From Squalus acanthias (lineage: Eukaryota): a stretch of DNA of 64,000 bases. The notes below the pieces were generated by a model, which saw only the letters and a list, made by a program, of their open reading frames with translations, made no database searches and was not told the origin of the DNA. How positions within the stretch are numbered: the first letter of the stretch is position 1; each line of letters begins with the position of its first letter. A program made the translations under genes and the position numbers. Where the stretch lies: NCBI GenBank assembly GCA_030390025.1, contig CM059431.1, positions 111,912,001-111,976,000 on the forward strand, given 5' to 3'. Positions 50,713 through 63,740 of this stretch are shown piece by piece.

Positions 50713-51180
50713 TTTTTGTTTTATTCTTATCACAGACCTTCCCTTTATTTCTTTCCTCCCCACCCCCTTCCCCTGCCTCTGTACTTGCCTAAAACCTCTT
50801 GCACCTGTAACGTGGTGTTAGGAATGCTGCAGGTGGCCTCAGTGACCACGGTTAGAGAAGGGGAAATTGGCCAGCGTTCTTGCTCCCAATCTTTATCCTG
50901 TATATGTGCACACATGTGTATGTGCACCCTCTGAATTAGGCCCAAAGTAGACTCCATTGTGGTGTCTCATGTATTTGCGTAGCCTGCCAACCTTTTCTGT
51001 AAAGCTCACACTTGAAAACTGTTGGACTATAACCTGGTGTTGTGCGACTTCTCATTTTTGAATAATAGGCACTTTGGGGAAGTAGAGGATGAATTTTGCA
51101 CCCTAGTAGTGCGCCAGTGATTTCAGGAGGGGAGAAAAAAGTGCAGTTGCTATCAATAGCAAACTCCTGCTAAAAGTGCC

Positions 51181-51743
51181 GTGTTAGCCGTGGCTCAGTT
51201 GGTAGCACGCTCACCTCTGAGTCAAAAGGTTGTGGGTTCAAGTCCCACTCCAGGGACTTGAGCACAGAAATCTAGGCTCCAGTGAAGTACTGAGGGAGTG
51301 CTGCACTGACGGAGATGCCATCTTTTGGATGGAATGTTAAACCGAGGCTCCCTCTGCTCTTTCAGGTGGATGTAAAAGATTCAATGGCACTAGGAGTTAT
51401 CCCCAGTGTCCTGGACAATATTTATCCCTCAATCAATATCACAAAAAAAGAACAGATTATCTGATCATTATCACATTGCTGTTTGTGGGAGCTTGCTCTG
51501 TGCAAATTAGAACATAAGAACATAACATAAGAGCAGGAGTGGGCCATACGGCCCCTCGAGCCTACTCCACCATTCAATAAGATCATGGCTGATCATCGAC
51601 CTCAACTCTACTTTCCCGCCTTAGCTGCCGCGTTTCTACATTAACAACAATGACTACGCTTCAAAAGTACTTCATTGGCTGTAAAGTGTGTTGGGACGTC
51701 CTGAGGTCATAAAAGGCGCTAAATAAATGCAAGTCTTTCTTTC
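51181..51743 (+). mobile_element. Deu SINE with a nested CR1 3' end (~51511-51620, minus)
   Basis: SINE breaks at AAATTAG and resumes at TTAGCTGCCGCG. Confidence 0.87.
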
Positions 51744-52189
51744 TGTAATATCTGTTTCTAAAGCAGAGTGAGTTCAGAATAGCCCTTGGCTTACTGCTTG
51801 AATCTGGTGAGAACCCTGTGTCTTCACTTTTATCAACCAGTGATAGCTGTATTTAAACTGGTATGCTATGTGGTTGCCTGGCTTTACAATAGAAAGTTGT
51901 TTGCAGCCACTGTGTGTGTTTTTGGCTGCTTTGAGTGAAAGAAAGTTGGGTTCTGTTTTTATAGAGCAAAACAACATTTAACTCTTATGCAACTGAATTT
52001 AAAAAAAGTTGCAGCATTTATTATGATGTCCGTATGCTGTTCTGATTATTTACTGCTGGTAGTTGCTAGCCCTGACTAAGTTCAGCTTCATGCACAATTG
52101 AGATTGAAACCTGAATTACTTCTGCAGCAATACACGGTGGGGCGGGGGTTGATGCGGAGGGAAGGAAGGAACCATTCAGGCCATCTCAC

Positions 52190-52722
52190 CAGGCACAAGT
52201 CAGGAGTGTGATGGAATACTCTCCACTTGCCTGGATGAGTGCAGCTCGAACAACACTCAAGAAGCTCGTCACCATCCAGGACAAAGCAGCCCGCTTGATT
52301 GGCACCCATCCACCACCTTAAACATTCACTCCCTCCACCACCGGCGCACCGTGTCTGCAGTGTGTACCATCTACAAGATGCACTGCAGCAACTCGCCAAG
52401 GCTTCTTCGGCAGCACCTCCCAAACCCGCGACCTCTTCCACCTAGAAGGACAAGGGCAGCAGGCGCATGGGAACACCACCACCTCCAAGTTCCCCTCTAA
52501 GTCACACACCATCCTGACTTGGAAGTATATTGCTGATCCTTCATCGTCGCTGGGTCAAAATCCTGGAACTCCCTCCCTAACAGCACTGTGGGAGTACCTT
52601 CACCACACGGACTGCAGCGGTTCAAGAAAGCAGCTCACCACCACCTTCTCAAGGGCAATTAGGGATGGGCAATAAATGCTGGCCTTGCCAGCAATGCCCA
52701 CATCCCGTGGAAGAATTTTTTT
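52190..52722 (+). mobile_element. Zenon-like CR1-group LINE 3' fragment
   Basis: Same family as 25385 and 46183, opposite strand. Confidence 0.8.
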
Positions 52723-53751
52723 TAAATCTGTGAAATAACTTGTGAAATGACTGTCCAATCCTGCCTCTTTATTTTATAGGTGACAGATTCACCCCCCCCT
52801 TAACATTTTCTAGTATTTTTTTCCCTTCTAAAACTTCCTTGTTAAACTTTTGAAACCATGAACTTGAGTACATTGATGTCAAAATGAAGTGAGCTATCTC
52901 CCTCCAATTAAAATATTATGTCTAGATTTCGCTCCAGTAGGTGCCACACACACAATAAACCTTTCCAGAATCAGCAGTGATTTCTGCATCTTCTGGGAGT
53001 TCAAGTGCAGTTTTACATGAAATCAATGCAAAATTGTGTGTCATTACTGCTAATATATAACTCCACCAAAGTTTTTATTGGCAAATAAGCATAAGCAAAT
53101 GGTACAAGTATTTAACTGGTAATGTTGAGGGAATATTTTCAAAAACAAACTCCTACATATTTTTAGAATTTCTAGTGGAATCTTTGGCTCAAAAACACTT
53201 GATTCTTATCTGGTGAGATTCAAGTACAGCAGTGGAAGTAATGATATTGCTCTTGGACAATGTACTGTTTATGTTCAGCATTCTTTCACAAGTTTTCTAG
53301 TAAATTAAATTGCATTTGCAGAGAAGCGTAAACTGAAATGGCAGAAATTCTGAATTAGCAGAACAAACTGCATTTAATTTAAATCTGAGGTAGAGGCATT
53401 AGGTTTGCTGTCTTTACTTTTCACTTTTTCCTCTTATTTTTGAATATATTTAAGTTTGGTGCCTCAGTTTCTCCAGCTGGGCACTGGCTGTGGTTGTAGT
53501 TCAAATACTGTGTGGAGCAAATGTGCATCTTCAAGGCAAAATCTACACTTAGCCGAACTGTTGAAGTGTGGCTTCTTTGTGCAACTTTAAAGAAGAACAA
53601 AAATCACGTGATTGAATTGCCAAGCCAGGACTTGCTTAATTAAGATTTGGTGTTCTTTCCACCCCCGCTCTAGTCTAATTTCAAACTACCACAATCTACC
53701 GTTTGCACATTTGTGATTTTTTTTTTCACTAACACTGCTTTCCAAACCAAC

Positions 53752-54071
53752 TGTCGGAGGTGCCGTCTTTCGGATGAGACGTTAAAACCGAGGCCCGGTC
53801 TGCCCTCTCGGGTGGACATAAAAGATCCCATGGCACTATTTCGAAGAAGAGCCAGGGGAGTTATCCCCAGTGTCCTGGCTGATATTTATTCCTCAATGTC
53901 ATTAAAACAGATGATCTCATTGCTGTTTGTGGGAGCTTGCTGTGCGCAAACTGGCTGCTGCGTTACCTACATTACAACAGTGACTTCACTTCAAAAGTAC
54001 TTCATTGGCTGTAAAGTGCTTTGGGATGTCCTGAGGTTGTGAAAGGCGCTATAGAAATGCAAGTCTTTCTT
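53752..54071 (+). mobile_element. Deu SINE, 5'-truncated
   Basis: Deu core and tail. Confidence 0.87.
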
Positions 54072-54119
54072 TGAATCTTCAGGTTACCTTTATTGAAATT
54101 TCCTAGGTGCACAGTTGTA

Positions 54120-54440
54120 CAGGAAACTTTCGTTTATCCGGCACCCAAATATCCGGAATTCTTGCTTAACCGGCAAAAATCATCCTCCGAAAACTCCTCT
54201 CAAATAACCGGCAATGTTGCCGATCCCGAGTCCGAGTCCGCGAACGCCGATTTAGTCAGTAGGCCTCCTGGCGCTGTCGGAAGTCCGAAACACTGCAGTA
54301 ACAGGAGTTGATTCTCCCGCGCTGCCTGGAGTCTCTTTGTTAAAAATAGCCTCGGTAGATATAACTCTCCGTTATCCGGTACTTTCGATAAACCGGCACC
54401 ACGCCGGTCCCGTCGATGCCGGATAAACGAAAGTTTCCTG
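54120..54440. mobile_element. Tc1/mariner (pogo/Tigger-type) MITE
   Basis: Perfect 24-bp TIRs CAGGAAACTTTCGTTTATCCGGCA; TA TSD at 54118-54119 and 54441-54442. Confidence 0.9.
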
Positions 54441-56259
54441 TAGTTGCGTTTCCTCTTTCAGCTTTTGACCCCTCCCACTGCCCCTCCTTACACAATTGGT
54501 AATTGAACTCCTTGTAGTGACTCTGTGCTTGAAGTAACCATCAAACTGCGATTCACTTGTCCTTGTGCATGATTGTAAAATGAAGCAAAGAGCTGACCAG
54601 CCTGATGCAACTTTTGAGCAAATCAAAACTCTACTGAAGTGTTCTATTGCGAATGTGTTATTTTTTTAAGATTAAACTGGGAATAATCGAATCTAATGTG
54701 AGCTTATTTTAAGTGTTGAAATTGTGTTCCTTTTGGTAATAGTTTTTTGGTACTTTTGAGCGTTGATATTTCTGCGATGCAACACTCTCCCTCTCCAGCC
54801 TCCCCCAAGCACTTTTAAATCTTTGTTTTGTCTCTTGGTCTGATTCTCCTGTAAGTAAAATTTGATTCCATTCCAACATGTGCCAGGAGACACACAAGTG
54901 TCCCGACTGTGCCTCCTATTCAGGCTTCCCCTCTCTCTTTAGCTGGGGTACTGAGATTGGGGACTCGAGTTGTGGGGGATGGGGTGGAAATTGACCCTCT
55001 GTCCTGCCACTCAGTGCTATTTCACATTGGTGTTCCACTCCGTAACATTTTCAAACTATCTAATGTTCTGCGAACACACTTGTCATTGTTTTAGCACTTG
55101 GATTGAATTTATCATTTGTTCTTGCAACACTTTTAACTCATCCATTGGGCATCCTGTGTATAAAACATTGCACAAAGAACTCCAGTAATTATTGCTCTCC
55201 AAGCAATGCACCTGGTGTCTTAAAGAGTAAACAGACTCTGCTTGGTTACAGTGTGTGTTTGAGTGAATTTGGTGTTGCTGTTGCCACCAATGTGTGCGAT
55301 CTTTTCTGCACCGTGAATTTCTCCATAATCAGAATTTGGGGAAGAGTTTCAGTGAGGAAGGACTAGTTCTTTCCATTCATCTCTTCTGCCACCCACACAG
55401 AGGAATTGAAACGCTGCATATAATAGCTTTAGTAGGATGAGGGCAAAATGGCTACTCTGTATGGCTCAATGGGTCACTAGCTTGTGTAGTACCACGCCGT
55501 ACAGACTTTTTAAAAAGTCCCACGTTTGATCTGTAATCTACTGTTCGCTAATAGTTGGGGCCCGGCCGTTAACCTCCGGGGTAGACTCCTGCTTGCTATC
55601 CAGTCCCTGCTGCAGGAAAATTGGTCTCATACCACATAGATACATTCGCCCCATTCTCAGCAATTCAGAAAACAGCAATATTTTCTGCATAAAACTGTAC
55701 AGCTTATTGCAAGATGGCTCAACCGATAAAATCTGCCACTGAGTCCAATTCTCAGAAACTATTTTTATAAGAGGTAATTGGTGCAAAGTCAGAAAACTGT
55801 TGAAGATTCTCATCTAGCAACTATATCATTTGATCTTCGGCTATCTTCCAGTGGTCACGTAGCAGATTTAGTAAAACTATGGTATTTAGTAAGTGTGTGT
55901 TAAACTTCAGCTGAAATGTGATTATCTTCTGTTTGCCAGTATATTGGCATCTGTGGTATTTTATTTACAGGAGATATTTCTTCAGATCCCTTATGTGTGC
56001 ATAAGTGAAGGTTCAATGTAAATCTGTCATTCTTAAGCAGTAAATGTCAGTGTCTCGAGCGCAATTTAAAGCCAGGAAATTGCTGTTTAGGCATCATTGC
56101 AGCTGTGGCCTGATGTATTTCACCTTTGTGCCTTGTAATGTAGATATTATTAATGCTTGAGGGTTTAGTGCCTTTTGTAACTGACCCTCTTCCCCAAGCA
56201 GGAGAGGTATACAAAGATTTAGAATCAACTGGTTTTGGTTTCATCGTTACATCATTCTT

Positions 56260-56875
56260 GGTCTCCTTACCTAAGGAAATGTATACTTGCCTTAGAGGGA
56301 GTGTAACAAAGACTCACTAGACTGGTTCCTGGGATGGGGGTGGGTGGATTGTCCTATGAGAGAGATTGAGTAGACTAGGCCTATATTCCCTAGAGTTTAG
56401 AAGAATGAGAGATGATCTCATTGAAATGTATAAAATTCTGAAGGGGATTGACCGGGTAGATGCTGAGAGGTTGTTTCCCCTGGCTTGGGGAGTCTAGAAC
56501 TAGGGGTCACAGTCCTAAATGGCTGACCCCTTATTCTGATTTTGAGATGAGGAGAAATTTCTTCACTCAAAGGGTTGTGAAGCTTTGGAATTCGCTACCT
56601 CAGAGGGCTGTGGATGATCAGTGGTTGAGTATATTCAAGACTGAGATCGATAGATTTTTGAGCACTAAGGGACTCGAGGAATATGGGGATAGTGCGGGAA
56701 GGTGGAGTTGAGGTAGAAGATCAGCCATGATCTTATTGAAGGGCTGAATGGCCTACTCCTGCTCCTATTTCTTATGGTGAGGGAGTGGGACTAGCTGAGG
56801 TGCTCTTGCAGAGAGCCGGCACGGACTCGACGGGCTGAATGGTTACAGCACAGAAGGCGGCCATTCTATGATTCT
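56260..56875 (+). mobile_element. CR1 LINE 3' fragment followed by a second CR1-type 3' end
   Basis: TRGHS...RRNFFTQRVVKLWNSLP and two successive 3' UTRs. Confidence 0.85.
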
Positions 56876-57889
56876 TTTGTCACCACTACAAAGGATAAGG
56901 AACTGAAATTGTTTGAGCAACTTTTGAAAGCTCATCATTGGTCTGGTTCAGTGTTTTGAAATTAAGCACTGGAAGAATAATAAGAACAAGTTGCACTTGT
57001 ATAGTCATTTTAATAGAAAACATACCACTTTACTGAGGAGATTGGGGGAGGAGTGAATTTAACAAAAAAAAATGGTGCCTGGCCAAGAGTTAGAGAATGT
57101 GATTGGAAAGCATGGTTGAAAAGATGGATTTTGAGAAGATTTGTCAAGGTGGAGAGATGGAGGGGTTTAGAGAGGGAGGTAGTTGAATGTTGAACCAGAA
57201 TGAGGGGTTTAGGGAGGGAGGTAGTTGAATGTTGAACCATGAGCTGAGCTTTAGCACATTCCATCCATCATCAAGACTGCTTTCTTCTACCTCCACAACA
57301 TAACCCAGTTCAGACCCTTCACCACCAAAACCTTTCATATGTGCCTTATCACCTCTAAACTCAACACTTACCTTGCTGGCCACCCATCCTTTACCCACCG
57401 TAAATTAACGTCCAAAGCTCTGCTGCATGTATCCTGTCGCACATTAAGTCCCGCTTGCCCATCCCTCCCAAATGCCTTGACCGCATCTAGAAATCCCTCT
57501 ATGGCTTTGCCCTACACTGCCTCTGCAATCTCCTCAAGCCTTGTATCCCCTTCCTTGACTCTGACCTTTGTGGTAACAACATGATGTAACTCATTTTATT
57601 GCATTCGATGTTTCATGCATTCTTACACTTGTTGTGACAACATATAGCATATCTTGTATGTACAAGGTGGCCAATTTGCCGCAGCCATTCTTTGCATGTA
57701 TGCAGCCTCTGGTTCAGAGAAGGACTGGTGGTGCAAGTGCAGTGCAGATTTGGGAGAGAAGCACTCAAGATCTGGCCTGTAGTATGAAGAGCCCACAGTT
57801 TCAAAAGCATTATATTAGTTTCTTGTCTGCTTCAACAACATGCATTTCAGTGGAGCTTTGTCCCTTTTTATATATAGATAGTTGTCTCA

Positions 57890-58560
57890 AAGCTTCTTAA
57901 GTGTAAGAGTAAAGACATCTCCGTGAGAAACTGTGGGTGGGCGGTAGAGAATTAGGATTTTGAAGGAGAGGCGAGAGGCGTGGAAGAAGGCCAGGTGCTC
58001 AAAGGAGGCGAACGTGCCAGAAGAGATGGGAGAGATACCAAGGTGAGAGATGGTGATCAGGGCCAGCTTGCCACCACGGCAGTTTGGGCAGGTCAGGTGG
58101 TGGAAGGTATAGCCAGACAGGGAGGCTTCAGTAAGGGGCAAGGTGTCTCACCTGTGAGCCAAGTTTCTGCCAAGGACATGACGCCAATGCAATCATCCAC
58201 TCTAAGATGATGGATGGCAAGGGCCTTGTTTGCAAGTGAACGGAGATTCTGGAGGGAGATGCGGAGAGCGTTGGTGATTGTTGGTATGCTGACTGTGTCC
58301 GAGGGGTGAGCGGCACGGGAAGGACGTTGGCAAGATTAGCCCCCAGCAGGTACACTGGGCGGGCAGATTGGCAAGAGAGGAGGTTGTGGTTGCTGCTCGT
58401 AAGGTGACCTCGAAGGGCCCTTTGGAGAATGCCGAGAGGTGCACAGAGGGAAGCTGTGGGCTTATCAAAGAGGGAGTTAAGCCTGGAACGGTGTTGAGAG
58501 CTTATGTGCAGTTTGGCAGGAGTCCAGGGCTGTTAAACCCCAAGTGTTCCCAGTGGTACT
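57890..58560 (-). mobile_element. Probable L2 LINE endonuclease-region remnant
   Basis: ASLSGYTFHH..RGGKLALI..SFEHL..ILYRPP, typical of LINE apurinic endonuclease domains. Confidence 0.65.
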
Positions 58561-59725
58561 GTTGGAGTTTAACTAGCTAATACCTTACAACCTACTAGCA
58601 CAGAACTGGAAAATTTCCCACTGCCTGTTCAGCCAGGACTGCAATAAGTGTTGCAACATTGGCTAGGCAGTGTTCTCTGGTGCCAAATGGGAAAAATACC
58701 AGCTCTAAATGAAAGGCCTATGATCTATTAATGAACAAGGCTTGATGGTCACTGGTAATAATGCCATATCTTTAATGTGGCATTTTGTATCTGCAGTTAA
58801 TATAGAGCAATGAGTAGTCCTTGATGAAAACAAATATTTTGAAAATGGAGCAGATACGTAATCTAATACTCGTTCTACTGGATTGAATTATATATGCAGC
58901 CCTGTTCTTTACATCTGCTAAACGCTCAAGCTAAATATGAGCTATGGAATGCTGTTGTAATGCTGACATTCTTCAGTGTTTATATCTAACTTAAAAAAAA
59001 TCATTGCGTGGAAAAAAAAAAGGTCAGGATGCGTACTTTTACAGTAAAACAAATAGTCTTTTGTTTTCTGCATAACTTAGTTAGTAACGTCCCTGAACTG
59101 GTAATGGTTAATTGCTCCCTTATGGCCTGACCCCTCTCTGTGGGGGGGCAAAACAAGAAGCTGACTGTAAACCATAAAAATAAGGAGGGAGGACCTGTGG
59201 ATGTACTGAATCATGTACACTTGGATGGTGATCTAACAAATTCAGGCACTCACAGGTGGAGCTTGTAATATTGGTATTTGCTGTAACACAGATCATTAAC
59301 TTATTCCAAGTTGAATGAGGAATGATGCATATATTATGTAATAAAAAAACTGCCTTCCTACCTTGCATAACAAAGTTTTGTGTAGTTTGTAACAACGACC
59401 TCCCGAGTCACAGAATCACAGAATCCCCACAGTGCAGATAGAGGCCATTTCGGCCCATCGAGCCTGCACTGACGCATATCCCACCCTATCCCCGTAACCC
59501 CACGTAACGTCCCTGAACTGGTAATGGTTAATTGCTCCCTTATGGCCTGACCCCTCTCTGTGGGGGGGGCAAAACAAGAAGCTGACTGTAAACCTCTCTT
59601 CCCATTTTAATTGTAACTTTGTGCAAGCCAAGCCACTCACCCTGACGGAGGCCAGAACATATGCTAGTTCTGCTTCCAGTGGCAATGTTTACATTGCTTG
59701 TGGGGATGCTGCTACCATTGGAATT

Positions 59726-59994
59726 CGCACAACACCAGGTTATAGTCCAACAGTTTTATTTGAAATCACAAGCTTTCGGAACTATCGCTTCTTCCTCAGG
59801 TGAAGTAAATTGGATACAGAATCGTCAGAGCATATATAGATGGAAAAAAAAGCATGTGTACTTTACAATTGCAGACCAATAAATTAAATCATCCTGACTA
59901 TCTGCCGAGGTGTGATAAAGTTAATTAAGTCAGCCAGGAAGGTACCACATCAAAAGACATAGCCATAGTCCAACACCGGCATCTCCGCATCATG
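59726..59994. mobile_element. Second copy of the 34512-type Penelope-like element with hammerhead motif (59766-59803, minus)
   Basis: Shares the left arm and the AGTCCAACACCGGCATCTCCGCATCAT end; flanked by ACCATTGGAATT / ACCATTGAAATT. Confidence 0.7.
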
Positions 59995-60116
59995 ACCATT
60001 GAAATTGCCAGTGAAAAACCACTGCATTTTTTGGAGAGCTCCTGAATGAACGACTAATCTAATTAGCACCTGATTTGGAACCGGGAACACGCACCTATTC
60101 CAAGCAAATCTGTATG

Positions 60117-60514
60117 AAAAAGAAGGACTTGCATTTATATAGCGCCTTTCACAAACTCAGGACGTAAGCACTTAACAACCACTTTAGTACTTTGTTGAAG
60201 TGTAGTCACTGTTCTAATGTAGGAAATGCAGCAGCCAATTTGTGCACAGCAAGCTCCCACAAACAGCAATGAGATAATGACCAGGTAATCTGTTTCAGTG
60301 ATGTTGATTGAGGGATAAATATTGGCCAGGACTCTGGGGAGAACTCCCCTGCTCTTCTTCGAAATAGTGACATGGGATCTTTTACGTCCACCTGAGAGGG
60401 TAGCCGGGCCCTCGGTTTAACGTCTTATCAGAAAGACGGCACCTCCGACAGTGCAGCAGTCCCTCAGTACTGGACTGAAGTGTCAACCTAGATTTTGTGC
60501 TCAAGTCTCTGGAG
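60117..60514 (-). mobile_element. Deu SINE lacking the tRNA head
   Basis: SINE reverse complement. Confidence 0.87.
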
Positions 60515-60544
60515 TTTTTGAAGGAAGTTTCATTACAAGGTCGA

Positions 60545-61000
60545 CAGATAAATACAGGTGAAGATGATCATTTGGCCCATCTTGGTATGCCCATCCAAAA
60601 GGCTCCTATACTTTCTAACCCTGCCCTTCACCATTGTGGCAGCTAGATTTTTTTAAATTCAAGATTTTCATCTCCACTACTCCACCTGCAAGTCCATTCC
60701 ATATATTGATCACTTTGTGAAGAAGAATTTCCAACAGGAATCCAAAGTTTACCTTTTACTAGTTTGTACCTGTGCCCTTGTCTTAGTTTTGCAATTTAGG
60801 TTGAAGCAGTGTTCCAGATTTACCTTTCTCTTACTATTTTCTTGTATACCTCTGATTACCTCGCCGTCTCCTCCTTTTAAGACTGACTAGTTTACGTTGC
60901 ATCAGTCCTTCCTCACAACTCCAGAATGTTGACACTAGGGATCAGTCTCCTGGTTCTTGTTTAAACTGTCCCATTTGTGTCTCTGTGACCAGAACTGGTT
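60545..61000 (-). mobile_element. Old CR1 3' fragment
   Basis: Degenerate CR1 3' UTR and TRG.K region on the minus strand. Confidence 0.55.
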
Positions 61001-61489
61001 ACTCACTGGGTGCCATGTAATTTAGATGCCGGGAGATTGGTTTCCACAAGCTGGCTGATGGAACTTGCGCTGCTAAGTCCAGCACCCTTATCCTGGCAAC
61101 TGACAGACAGTCAAATGAAAAATTGGGTCTGCAAGTCTGGGATAAGGGAGACTGTTAGCAGTGTAAATGTTAAGAACTATCCCGTGATGCCATTCTCCTG
61201 GAATCTGGGGAAAAATTGACATATGAAAGCAGCTAATGGTTGCTGATCTACTGAATGTCTTGTGTTGCCAGCCCAATACACAACAACAACAACAATTTAT
61301 ATTTACATAGAGCCCTTAACATAGAAAAAAGTCCCCAGGTGCTTCAGAAATGTACCAGTGAAGTGGTTTTCCTTGTTCTACCCTATTTTAACCACTGAGT
61401 GAGGTAGCACTGTCTGTTAAATAATCACAAACAGCTACATAAAATGGTGCTAGAAGAATAGTCAGGAACAGAAAAATGTTTAAAAACGC

Positions 61490-61933
61490 AAAGAAAGACT
61501 TGCATCGCCTTTCACGACCTCATGACGTCCCAAAGCGCTTTACAGCCAATGAAGAACTTTTGAAGTGCAGTCACTGTTGTGATGTAGGAAACGAGACAGC
61601 CAATTTGCGCACAGCAAGCTCCCACAAACAGCAATGTAATAATGACCAGATAATCTGTTTTTGTGATGTTGGTTGAGGGATAAATATTGGCCAGGACACC
61701 GGGGAGAACTCCCCTGCTCCTCTTCAAAATAGTGCTGTGGGATCTTTTACATCCACCTGAGAACAGACGGGGCCTCGGTTTAACGTCTCATCCAAAAGAC
61801 GGCACCTCCGACAGTGCAGCACTGCACTGGAGTGTCAGCCTAGATTTTTGTGCTCCAGTCTCTGGAGTGGGACTTGAACCCACAACCTTCTGACTCAGAG
61901 GCCAGTGTGCTACCCACTGAGCCACAGCTGACA
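61490..61933 (-). mobile_element. Full-length Deu SINE
   Basis: SINE reverse complement with A and B boxes. Confidence 0.9.
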
Positions 61934-62256
61934 CAAAGCAATAAGTGTTGGTGACTAGTTGTTGAATGTGGAGCTCGTGCCATAAATAAGTGAGGCAGCC
62001 CCTCCACTTGCTGTAGGTACACGTGGGCAGATACACTCCTGAGTGCAAAATTCAGTGTTCACTGACTTACTATTAATATTTTGTTTAATAGCACAAAATA
62101 GTATAAAACGCCAGCTTATGCAGGTGAGACAATTGAATGAATGTAATCCTCTGTACCCTGATAGGAGTGAAATCTCTTTGTATCTTATTGGCAAAACAAC
62201 ATTAACGTGAGTTCAGTTACTTGTGATAAAATGTTGCGTGATGGTTGCTGATATCC

Positions 62257-62722
62257 GTGTCAGCTGTGGCTCAGTGGGCAGCACACTCGCCTCGGAGTCA
62301 GAAGGTCGTGGGTTCAAGTCCCACTCCAGGGACTTGAGCGCATAAAGCTAGACTGACACTCCAGTGCAGTGCTGAGGGAGTGCTGCACTGTCAGAGGTGC
62401 CGTCTTTCAGATGAGATGTTAAACCGAAGCCCCGTCTGCTCACTCGGGTAGATGTAAAAGATCCCATGGCCACTATTTCGAAGAAGAGCAGGGGAGTTAT
62501 CCCTGGTGTTCTGGCCAATATTTATCCCTCAACCAACATCATAAAAACAGATTATCTGGTCATTATCACATTGCTGTTTGTGGGAGCTTGCTGTGCGCAA
62601 ATTGGCTGCCGCGTTTCTCCACATTACAACAGTGACTCCACTTCAAAAAAGTACTTAATTGGCTGTAAAGTGCTTTGAGACGTCCGGTGGTCGTGAAAGG
62701 CGCTATAGAAATGCAAGTCTTT
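62257..62722 (+). mobile_element. Full-length Deu SINE
   Basis: A and B boxes, Deu core, tail. Confidence 0.9.
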
Positions 62723-63359
62723 ACTTTTTATCCATATGATCATTGAGATGCGGAATTTATTGGCCAACAGTGCAGCAGCTGTGTTTCCTCAAATAAAATC
62801 CCTCATTACCTTTGTCATGAGAATCTGAGACTGTTGTTAATGTTCCTGCTTTGGTGGTTGCATAAAATTGCAGTAGATTCACGTGATCAGACAGCTACCA
62901 TTGACGTTCTCGAACTGTAAGCAAGTAGCCCCACGCCATTATAAAGCTTAGACCTGCAAAAGCACTGTGTGGGAGCTATGATGGCACTAGTATGATCACA
63001 CCATTGTCCTATTTGCTTGTTGCGTGACAGTGGATTGACTGGTTGCCTCCTGGGCTTTAAACAATAGATTGCTGTGGGGCTTTCTACGCAGGCCTAACTA
63101 TCTTTCTCTTCAGACAATAGATTCAAATGTTGGAATTTGTTCGGCACAACCCTCTGACGTTTATATAAATAGTATGAGTCAGTGTGCTGTCTCTCAAGGA
63201 TTTCAGTCTTTTCAAGTTGCAACTTGCTCTGTCAGTGGTTTTGTGAGCTGACATTGTAGTGGCATAGTTATGCTAATCACCTGCCATGATTTCTGGGGGT
63301 AACTTTGTATAATACATTTTCACTTTTTCCAACTTGGGCACTTCACACCCAAGGATTAC

Positions 63360-63740
63360 ATACATAGGATATACGACACAGAAACAGGCCATTCGGCCCA
63401 GCCAGTCCATGCCAGCGTTTATGCTCCACTCGAGCCTCCTCCTGTCTTTCCTCATCTAAATCTATCAGCGTAACCCTCTATTCCCTTCTCCCTCATATGT
63501 TTGTCTAGCCTCCCCTTCAATGCATCTGTACTATTCGCTTCAACCAGTCCCTGTGATAGCGAGTTCCACATTCTCACCACTCTTTGGGTAAGGAAGTTTC
63601 TTCTGAATTCCCTATTGGATTTCTTGGTGACTCTCTTATATTGATGGCCTCTAGTTAAGCTCTTCCCCACGAGTGGAAACATTCTCTCTGTATCTACTCT
63701 ATCAAAACCTTTCATAATTTTAAAGACCTCTATTAGGTCC
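63360..63740 (-). mobile_element. CR1 LINE 3' fragment
   Basis: DLIEVFKIMKGFDRVD...TRGHQYK...FLTQRVVRMWNSL. Confidence 0.88.

Noticed and set aside
57160..57240. Tandem ~43-bp duplication
   Set aside because: Simple local duplication within a decayed L2 tail; no further structure.
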